Below, one piece after another: positions 22,689-33,500 of a stretch of 64,000 nucleotides of DNA. The notes beneath the pieces were generated by a model, which saw only the letters and a program-made list of their open reading frames with translations, did no database searches and was not told the origin of the DNA. Numbering within the stretch: the first letter of the stretch is position 1; the number at the start of each line of letters is the position of its first letter. The translations under genes and the position numbers were made by a program. The DNA comes from Ascoidea asiatica JCM 7603 (Eukaryota; Fungi; Ascomycota), in contig BCKQ01000005.1 in NCBI GenBank assembly GCA_001600695.1, positions 155,689 through 219,688 on the forward strand, written 5' to 3'.

Positions 22689-24237
22689 TCAAACTAATTG
22701 ACTAATAAAATCTCTCACATTGTCTGACCTCATTAAAGCTTCCCCAACCAAAAAACCATGTACACCTTCCTTTTTGTACTTTGTAGTATTTTCTTTATTT
22801 GAAATTCCTGAAAGTGCACACAAAATGCAATCTTTTGGAACTTGAGAAACTAAATCAGACGTTGTATTTAGATCGACTTTAAACGAATGAAGATCACGAT
22901 TATTTACACCAATTACTTTGCAATTCAATTTTATCGCTTCATACATTTCTTCTTTGGAACTAACTTCAACTAATGGTTCCATTCCTAAAGATACTGAATA
23001 ATTATACAAATATTGTAATTCTAAGCTTTCCAACATTTTTATTATTAATAATACACTATCCGCTCCAGCCAATCTAGCCTCTAAAATCTGATACTTACTG
23101 AATATGAACTCTTTTCTCAAAACTGCAGGTCTGTTTACTCTTCCTTCCAAAGGTAAGTCTAAAACTTTTCTCACATTACGTAAATCATCAATTGAACCTT
23201 TAAACCAATGAGGTTCGGTAAGAACAGAAATAGCTGCTGCTCCTGAGTTAGCATATAGTAATGCCTGAGATGCTGCATTTACGTTCAAATTAATAGGCCC
23301 TTTAGAAGGGGAGGCTCTTTTAATTTCAGCTAATAAAGCACTTTTTGGAAGTTCCTCCTTCAAACGATCATAAAAATTAATAACACTAGGTGCAAGGTTT
23401 AGTTCATATAATTCTTTTAACTGTTCAAAACTTTGACCAGGTAGAGTTTGCTGTATTTGAACATCTTTTTTTCTCTGATCATATATATCATCAAGAACGC
23501 TACCTTTGAAAATTGTTTCACCCAACATAGTCTTAGATGAAATGGTATTTTCCGGATTTGATAAATTAGAAGAGTTTTCAGTCCATAAACCTCCTTTGAT
23601 GCTAAGCATGTTCTTGATCATTAAGTGCCCTTCCTGAGTCAAAATTGATTCTGGGTGAAATTGAACACCTTCAACAGTAAACTTTTTGTGTCTTATACCC
23701 ATAATTATCCCATTTTCAGTTCTTGATGTAACCTCTAATTCGCCAGGCAATGAAGCATTAGTCCCTGCCAAAGAATGATATCTTGTAACTGCAATTCCTT
23801 GAGGTATATCTTTAAATATTCCTTTGGCATCATGTTTTATTTGGGTTGTCTTTCCATGAACAATTTCTCCTGCATATTCTACCGATCCACCAAATACCTC
23901 GAAAATACATTGTTGACCCATACAAACACCGAAAACAGGGAGAGTACCTGCAAAGTGTTTAATCACCTCTCTTGAAATTCCAGAATCTGTTTTGGGGTGT
24001 CCAGGACCCGGTGAGATTACCACAATATCAGGTTTCAAAGCTTCAATATCAGATAAACTAATTTCATCGTTTCGGAATACTTGTACTTTTGCACCTTCTT
24101 GGCAAATATACTGGTATAAATTCCTGAAAAAAAGTGTTAGAATTTCCACAAATAATATCTTTTCTATAAATCAAAATTAGAATTAAAATTACATACCATG
24201 TGAAAGAATCGTAATTATCAATTAGCACAACAAACAT
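22689..24237 (-). CDS. TRP3: Anthranilate synthase component II / indole-3-glycerol-phosphate synthase; exons 24237-24197 and 24123-22689
   Basis: Spliced N-terminus [19 protein letters not shown]; [26 protein letters not shown]; donor GTATGT, branch TTCTAAC, acceptor CAG. Confidence 0.96.
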
Positions 24238-24705
24238 TGTTTGTAAAAATATATTCCGAGTTTTAAAACAAAATTCAGTAAAAAAAATGTTGCTATTGGA
24301 AATAGATTTTAGTTGGGAAAAAATTAAACTAGATTGTTTTAGAAAGAAACCTTTTGAAAAATTGATAAATGTCTACGATACCCGTAGCATTCTTTGTTTG
24401 GGGCTTTCAAATAAAATATTACTCATACAAGCTTTCAAAAAACCGCAACTATTTTAGGCACGGATTGAAATGGAAATACTACGAATAGCGGAAAGCAATA
24501 TCAGTCTTAACAGATAAAATTATTTATATTCTAGTTTATCTTCCAAAAAAACTTTTCAAAAATTGATTATAATTAATATTACTTCTACATTGCAAATTGA
24601 TTCGAGAAAAAAATTGAATACTACATTTAAGCTAATTATAACATTATTGACTGATTGGTTCTGTAAAGCTATTTATATTGACGACTTTCCTAACAAATTC
24701 CCTGT

Positions 24706-27044
24706 CTAAAAAATAACTTTTACATCATTTGTAGATATTGTAAAGTTTTCCTTAACTCTCTGTATCCAAAGTCCTTCGGAATCAAAGTATTTCCAATTCT
24801 TAATCTTTGTTAATTTGTCAGTTAAGTTTTTAGATTCTGAATCACCTGAACTCCTTTCTTTTAGCACTTCATAAGATGGCATATTATTTATAGTATCGGA
24901 CTCTTCGATTATATGAAACCACTGCATTAATTGCAAATGATACATCCAATTCCTACTGCTTAACTCTTTAGCAGCTAATAACTGAACATATGAACCCTTT
25001 TTATTATTATCTAACACGGAGAATAACCCTTTTTCCTTCTGAAGAAAATTTTCTTCAGAGTAAGAATTGTCTTGGAAATAGTTATTTTTATTGATTTCAT
25101 CTCCGTAATAAAACAAGTAGAATAAAGTTTCCTCTTCCATTTGTTTCAAAATATGATCCGGAATATTATTGTATAACTCTGATAAAGGGTCTAAAGGATA
25201 ATATAATGAAGTTGGATGAGAATTCCTTGGAAAATAAGGTATCGGCTTGTTTGCATCTAATGAATCTGGACAGTTTAGTAAGGAATTTTTCAAATAGTCA
25301 TTGATTTCAGCCAAACTTGGAGGCGTTGTTAGTCTTTTTTGGGCCAACTCATAAAATGGTACCAAATCTTGCAAACCTGGCAAAATACTTAAAATGGGGG
25401 TAGGAGCAGGTGAACTTGATGTTGATCTATTCGACAAACTATGATCGTTACTCATTGTTGCCTTTTTAATTAAGGGGGTATTTATATTGCTTGTATTGGC
25501 GGTTGTTTTTGCCAATTTCAACGTCGAAGAATACAAAACACTATTAGACAACTGAGTATTGTTGAAAGCTTTTGGAGTTCCATGTTTAGATGAAGTTAGA
25601 GGAGTAGTAATCTTACTTAATCCAGGAGGCAAGGAAGGTGACGGTGAACTTTTAGCTGACACATGAGTTCCAGAGTTAATGAGTGTATTCTGGCCTCCTT
25701 GATTTAAAGCACCATTATTTATAGAACTGGCCGCAACAGCAGAAGAGTATTTTAGGTCTGTACTTCTCTGTGGAACCGGGGCTGGCTTTAAGTTTAACAC
25801 TTGAGGAAATGATTTTGGTGTCAATATATTGGAGGTGGATGAAATTGATAATCTTTTATTTAAAGAAATACTTGCATTATTAGATACCGGAGTACTCAAA
25901 ACAGAAGAATTATTACTATTAACCGGGGAATAAAAATTGCTGAGAGCACCAGTTACTGGAATATTAGTATTAATCTTGATTTGATCGTTATTTTCAACTA
26001 TTATGCTCTCTTTAGTTTTCTCTTTGTTTGAATCAAAATCTTTTTGTTTTTCTTTTTCTTGTTCAACAGGAGTAGAAGATTTCTTTCTATTTTCTGTAGC
26101 TTCTTGAGATTCACTACCGAATTGGCTATCCTTATCTTTAGCAGAGGTGATAGAAGCAGCTGATGTAGGAGGCAAATTAGGAAAGTCGCCTACAGTTCCA
26201 AAAACTTCTTCCACATCTTCAAGACCGAGCTCATCATATAAAGTTTCATCTTCCATAAATTCTGGATCTTGATTACTTTCAACGTAATAATTTATATCAT
26301 CCTTGATAGCATTGATATTATCAGGTTCTAAATTTCCATTTTCAAGATATCTTAATATAGTTTCAAGTTTAGATTGATGCCAACGATGCTTTTCTATGAA
26401 TCCAGTAATTTCATTGATTTGATCTTGTTTTGAATGATCGCTTTTACGACCCTTTTTCATGGTTGCTTGTATCTGAACAATTTTTGCTTCAAAATTTTCA
26501 TTCTGCCTTTCGAGTTCATCAATCATATTTTGAATGAAAACGGATGATTCGGACTTTTCTTTTTCTCTCGGATCAATTTTTTGCATATTTAATCCTTCTT
26601 TTGAAAAAGCTTTTGTCTTCATATCTCTTTCGACAATTTTAAATCGTTCCATTTCTTTTTCAATCTTCCTTCTATATTCAATGAGAGGAGCTTTCTCTTT
26701 CACTTCATTTCCATTGAGCCAGTTTTTTATTTGCTCTCTATGTCTTTGGAGTTTCTTTATTTCTTTTTTTAAATCTGATTCTAGTTTTTCTTTCTGAGAT
26801 TGGTTTTCACAAGATGTAACTTTGTCATATAATTGGTCAAATGATGATAAACCTTGATTGACCATCTTGAAAAGACGATCTATTTCTCTATTTGAAAAAA
26901 ACTCCAAAAATGTTAGTACGCTTCTATTTTTGAGCTTTTAAATTTACATTCATAATTTAAAAAGAAGATGATTTAAATTCAAAAACTGTAAAGTTTCAAT
27001 TTAAAAAAAATATAAACATACTGCTGTAATTTTCTAGCTGCCAT
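24706..27044 (-). CDS. NOT3: CCR4-NOT subunit Not3 (Not3/5 family); exons 27044-27022 and 26887-24706
   Basis: Spliced N-terminus MAARKLQQ/EIDRLFK; KLESDLKKEIKKLQR, MKTKAFSKEGL; C-terminal NOT box ETLFYLFY; GTATGT...TACTAAC...TAG; an in-frame ATG one codon upstream (27047) is also possible. Confidence 0.9.
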
Positions 27045-27548
27045 CATATTTGGTTGTTTTAAGAATCTTGAGAGAACCTATATTCCAAAAAGAGTTGTTA
27101 AAGTGTTTTTTCTTTTATTTTTAGGAACCTTTAAATTACCTCTATTTATATCAATCTTTAATCGATCGCTTTAATTAAAATCAATTAAATAATTCAAGTC
27201 GAGCTGTAGCCAGTCAACTAATAATAAACTATGATACCGTACTAATTTAATTAATCCATTCATTATTTTTAACTCCTGTAATGTGCTGAACGATATTCTC
27301 TTAAATCACGGGATGTAGAATTATTACGATGGAATAGCGTACAATTTGCTATTTTCAGGATTTCTAAGATTGTTTCTATAATTCTGTGCTTTTAGTGGCT
27401 AAATAGTAAGTCTTATTTAATAGATTTCTAAATTTCTTTTTAAATTAAGTTTTATGAATTGATATTTATTTAATGATATAAACCATATCGAAAAAGTATT
27501 TCTTATTTACAAAAGGTTATTTGTGAAAAATAAAATATTTTTTGTATA

Positions 27549-30500
27549 TCATACAAACGCTGACCACCCAGAGAACATTAAGGCTAAGTTACACTCATCT
27601 GAAGCTTCATTGATTAGTTCACGAACTGCACCTTCGACACTTAACCCATTGGCAATCAACTTACGCTGAACTGTTTCTAAAGCCTTTATCGCTTCAGCAT
27701 TTTCGTCTATTTTTTCATTAAATTTTCTATCATCACCCTGAATTTTGATTTGTTTCAATGGCGGAGCATAAAAACAAAATAACGGATCCCATCGGAGAAC
27801 CGAGAGAATAGAATTTATTTGCTCTTTCTTATGTCTTAGCACCTTAAAGACATGTTCAGAACTTTTTCGAAAAATTCCATCTACTCCAGTAATCCCAAAC
27901 CCATCAATAATATCTCTAGTAAGCCTGAACGGGGTCACTTCGGGTATAGTAAGATTCCTCCCTTGATCAAATGCAATTCCTAAATCAATATGGATAGGCT
28001 CACCAGATGTTCTATCAATTAAAATATTATTGCAATGCCTATCACCTAGACCAAGAATATATCCAACTATTGATGTTGCAGCTACCCCAATAGAATATTT
28101 CAATTTACTGGAATACCATTGAAAAGGATTGAGAAATGCCTGAAAGAAAAAATTCCGGAAAGCAGGAATTATTTTAGAGCAAATTTCTTTAAAAATACGT
28201 ATTCTTTTTCGATCAGTTAATTTTGCTGCCGATGCTATCTTTTTTCTAGCATCCTGAAATGATATCCTATCTCCTTTATGTAATGGTTCAACAACATCCA
28301 TAAACGCAGCTGAATTAGATACAAATTCAATAATTCCACCTTTATAACCTAAACATACAACATTATAAGTTCTAACATTTATGTTTCTAATTCTTGTTTG
28401 TTTTTGGTTTTGAAAAAAAATATTGCATTTCATAAAAACTTGTTCCATGATAACATCTTGTCTTAAATCATCTACCCCCTTGAAGATTGTCTTCCATATA
28501 GACCCATTATTCAAAGTAATTCGGGCAATCTTTGGTCTAGAGACCCCACTACTTGAAATTTCAATTATGTTATTCATAGAAACCATTCTAGGAACACTTG
28601 AATAATCATGATCAATTCTAATCGGAATTGTCATTGTCGGTAAAGGTAATTGAATCAAGTTCAAAAATCCAGGGCTCCAATTGCTTTGATTTTTTAAATT
28701 ATCTAGATCATCTAATTTCAATTGTTTTGATTTTTTTGGCACCTCTAAAGTGGAAAGAATAACAGTATTAGCACAAAAAACTTGAATCTTTTTATAAATT
28801 TCAGTTTTATTTGTTTTAAAATCTTCAACTGCTAACTGTTTCCATAAAATAGATGCAGCTTTTTGACGGGAAAGAAAATTTTTGTCTGATGCTTTATGCT
28901 GAAGCAATATATTTTGAAGGTAATATAAAGAATGAAATGGATGGTCTCTGCACAAATTCCATAAAATAGTTTTTAGAACTAATTGGAACTTGCTTGGTTC
29001 ACTTAAAATTTTAGAAACAAGTTGATTTACCCAAGGTAGTAATTTATGATAAGAGTTAAAAACATTCAACACATCTTGAATACTTTTTTGAATCCCATCT
29101 AAATATGAATATTCCAAAAATAAGGAACAAAATCTGTCTACGTCAGGATCATAAAGAGCGTCATTTTTACTTATTTCCTTTAGATAGTTCAAAATCGCAT
29201 TTTGAACCAATCCTTCCTTGTTTGACTGCAATTCCAATAAATTTTCCCTATGGCTTTTGAGATTTATTTCTTTCTTCTCCTTAAGCTTCCTTAGTCCTTT
29301 CTTTTCTGGTTTAACTTCTTGTAAATGTTCACTATATTCAGCAAGTTGAATACTTTCATTAAAAATTAGCTTCTTATACCTAGAAATTTCTTTATCAATG
29401 TCACCTGATTGGAGGCAATTATCACAAAATTTTGCAAATAAATGATAAGCCTCATGGTCTGCTTCATTGATGATTTCATGCTGTATATATTTCTCCATAA
29501 TTTCTGAAGCTGATTCTTGTTTTGACATTGAGAGCCAGTCAACCAAAGTAGCTCTTAAAATATTAGAATTGAACTGAAAATAATTGTTATCCAAAGTGCA
29601 ATTTTGTTCCCCAATTGCTTGAATCATTGAGATTGCAACCTTTGTTTCATTTTGATCGTGAAGAAATGATGCAACCTCAAATTGATTCAAAGCTTTAACA
29701 TAATTTATTAAATTCAAATTGGTCGAATTTTCATGAACAAAAACATTATTTAATCTTTTGAATACTTCATTTAGCTTAATAGAGAAGGATATTGTATTTT
29801 TTTGATTGCTGTTAATTCTCGAAAGCTTCAAGAAAGCTAATATATCGTTTGCTTCTTGGACTAGCATGTCTCTTTTGTTGAAATTCAGTATTTCAATATT
29901 ATCAAAACAAAAATCATAAGAAGTCACTCTAGCTAACATCAACGTCTCGTAACTTTTAAAATTAAAGTTTTCATTGATTTTTAATATGCCGTTCATTCCA
30001 ATTCCATTCCTGAAAATGACATCTTCCATATTTGATAATGTTATCATACACTGAATTTTTTTCTCACAAGGAATTTTCAAACTATCTGATTCTAAAAATG
30101 CATTCTTGATAGCCAACCTTGCACATGTAAAATCGTCATTAATTAACTTAAAGGCTTTATATATTACTTCTTGGTCATTACTTGTGTTTGCAGGAATAGA
30201 AAGATCCCATTTCCCAAGTTTCCAACACCATTCATAACTCGAAGAAGAATGACTTTCTTCGTGTTTTCTAACAATATCAGAAATGGCAACTAACCCAGAA
30301 GATTGAAGTGTTTCTATTGCATCGAATCCCTCGTAGTTGGTACCAAGAAACGAGTTTGCAAATAAAATTTTTTTCCAAGGGTCTCCATTTTGAATGATAT
30401 TTTTCAAAGCATAATCGAGCGATGGTTCTACAGGTAGACCTTCCATAAGATCGATGTTCCCGATTAAAGAATATATATCAGATAGCAGCTTGGAGCTACT

Positions 30501-33500
30501 TTTCCAAAGATCTTGCATATTATATTTGTCCATAGAAAAATGCTTTTCGAAGAGAAACAAGGAAGAATATGGCATATTTGAGGAATAAGCTACTTTTGAA
30601 AGAAACAAAGAGTCAACATTATCTGATATATTGAATGAAATACGATAATTTTTTGAATGCTCTATCTTACAGATTTGGAAATACAAATTTAAAAAAAAGA
30701 TGTTATAATGGACCCGCGGAAAGGGATTACTTTGAGAAAAGGAAGCAAACAAGAGCTTTATGTTATTAGCAGCAATGTCCCCAAACACATATAAACAAAA
30801 TAAAATTGCATCTAAAATAGCGTCCTTACAATATTCAGAGTATGCAATGACCTGTAAAATTGACAAGCCAGGAGAATAAATTTGAATATCTTTTGCATAA
30901 GCGAGAAAAAGTTCCATGATCCATTTATCAAAAGGTTTATTTTGAAGGTCTGAAGATAGTGTAAACAACAATTTATCGAAAGATATATCATATTCGCTAA
31001 AGGAAAGAAAATCACCAGCAAGAACAAAATCAAACCTGACCATCAATTTTTTGAGATCTAAAAGATCCTTTAGTTCTATTTCCAAAGTTTTGAAATTTAG
31101 CTTCAAGTAACTAAAAATATTTTCAATTAAGCAAGATATTTTGTTATTATCTGTTCGTTCCCATAAAATAAAAAGCTTCTCAAACAAGATTTCGACAAAA
31201 TTTTCATCACCACTTTTCAATTTAATTAGCGATTGCTGTTCGTTAGTTTTTTCTTTCTCACTTGAAATATATCCTTTGCACGAAAAATAGTAGCCTAAAC
31301 ATCTTGCCCTCCATTCTCTAAATTCAGCGGATAAGGACGCCATCTCAACATCAAGTAACTTTTCAATAACAATAATGCTACTATTATGATCTAGATTACA
31401 AGCTATTAATTCAGTATTCCGTTCTAAAATCAAAGAAATTAATGAAAAAACATCAGGCACAACAGGCGATGAGCAGTTTTTAAGAACTGAACAAACAGTA
31501 TTATTGAAATCTTCAAACCCGTTGTCAGATTTCCTGTTTAAAGTCCAAAAAAGTAAAGTAAAAAAGTCTTTAGTATGGCCTGAGTCATTTTCTGAATCCC
31601 AGGCCGAAAAGGAATGAATTAACGATTGACTTGTCTTGGAACCGGTGTTGGAAAGTTTTGAAGAAAGAAATTCTTTGAGAACCACCAAAATAACATCTAC
31701 TCTTGTGTGAATATTGCAATTTGTTATAAACAATTCAATTAAATATGAAACAAACGTATCAATTTCCCTAAAAAGTAAATTTTCTCTAAAATATTTCGAT
31801 AAACTCCTCAAAAGAAGAACCAAGTGAATCTCCTTAAAGATCTGTTTTTTCCACAAAATTAATACTTTGATTCTTCTTATCCCTAAAAGTTTGAGATTAT
31901 TATTATATGAATTTTCAATTAAAACTAGTAAATTTCGAATAATGAAGTACAACGAATCAGATGACCAAAAATCAAAATGAAATCTTTTTTCGATCTCAAT
32001 AATTAATTTTAAGGAGCTATTTGGACTGTTAGAATAAAAAAAATTAGGAACTAGTTTAGCATCGCTATTTGAAATTAACAGGCTGATATCATGTTCTTGA
32101 AATAAATTCAAATTCGTTAGCACAGATTGGTCAGAAACGTTCATCAAAGAAAAAATTGTTACCATTAGTAAAGGAAGTTTGCTTTTCAAATTTGAAAATG
32201 TGAGTACTTGCTTATAGGTTTCCACCTCTAATCCATTGGTTGAAACTAGTAAAGGAAGACTTGAAATGAGAATTTCTTCGTTGCTAATTTGTAGTAATGA
32301 AGACACTTCTGTTAAAGTTTGATAACCTTTTTTTTTATCGGATATTGAAACTGAAATTATAACATCCATGTTTTCTTTGAAAAAGTTTTTTTTAGTTGTA
32401 AATCCAAATAATAAGAATGGAAAACAGTCAATTGGTTCGTATGCATTCCAAAATCTAACAATATCTAATCTAAATTCATAAAATAACCTTTTAGGTCCGG
32501 AGATATTTAGCTTTAAACTGAATAAATGTAAACATTTGTCGATATACTTTATCATAAGTGGATTTTTATAATATTCAATTATATTAAATATTGCACAAGG
32601 AAGAATTTCCATTTGAATTAATCCTATACTAGCCAATAAATATACCATTAATATAGAAGATTCAGTAGACGAAGCTATAATTGGAAAATTGTTATAAAGA
32701 ATATTATAAACTTTGACTTTTTTAGGACCAATAGAATCCTCTAATAGTTTTTGGATTTCTGGTAAAAGTATTATTGGAAACCTTAAAATACTAAAACATT
32801 TTTCCGCAAAAATATTCAAATATGATTGATTTAAAAGTCTCTTAAAATTACTTTTTTCAAACTTTAGGATGAGCTTGGAGTATTCTATTATGATTTCCTC
32901 ACTATTTTCATAGCTTCTCTTATTGAGCTCGGAATTTAAGAATAAAAATATGTCAATACAATCTTGTTCTATCTTATTTTTCTTTGCAATCCATGAATCA
33001 GCAGAAAGAAAAAGAATTTTTAGACATATAGTAAGTGATAATCCAGTACACTGATCTAAAAAGTTTCCAAGGTACCTAATAATAATTTGAAGGTACGAAG
33101 AATTTAATGATGGAAGAATTAGTTTAAACCTGCCAATAAAATCACCTATGACAAGCCATTTTCCGATTGATTTTTCTCCTTCTGCAAGATTCGCTAACTT
33201 TTCAAGAATTTTTTCCCCTATTTCTTTCACAGAAGAATGTCCCATAAGAATATTTTTCTTTTCCAAATTGAGAATAAATATATTTAGAATAAATGAGTTA
33301 TATAAGAACTCATCCTTATTTTCATCATTATTTATTCCCTCTCGTCGGATCAGCCCCAATTCTAATTCATTATCAGCTATCGAATTCTCAATAACTTTAT
33401 TAGCATCTAAATGATCAGCAAGCAAAAAAAGAACGTTTTTAATTATTTTGTCTTTATTAAAAGTCATAAAATAATAGTTGAAAAATTTTGCCACTTCATT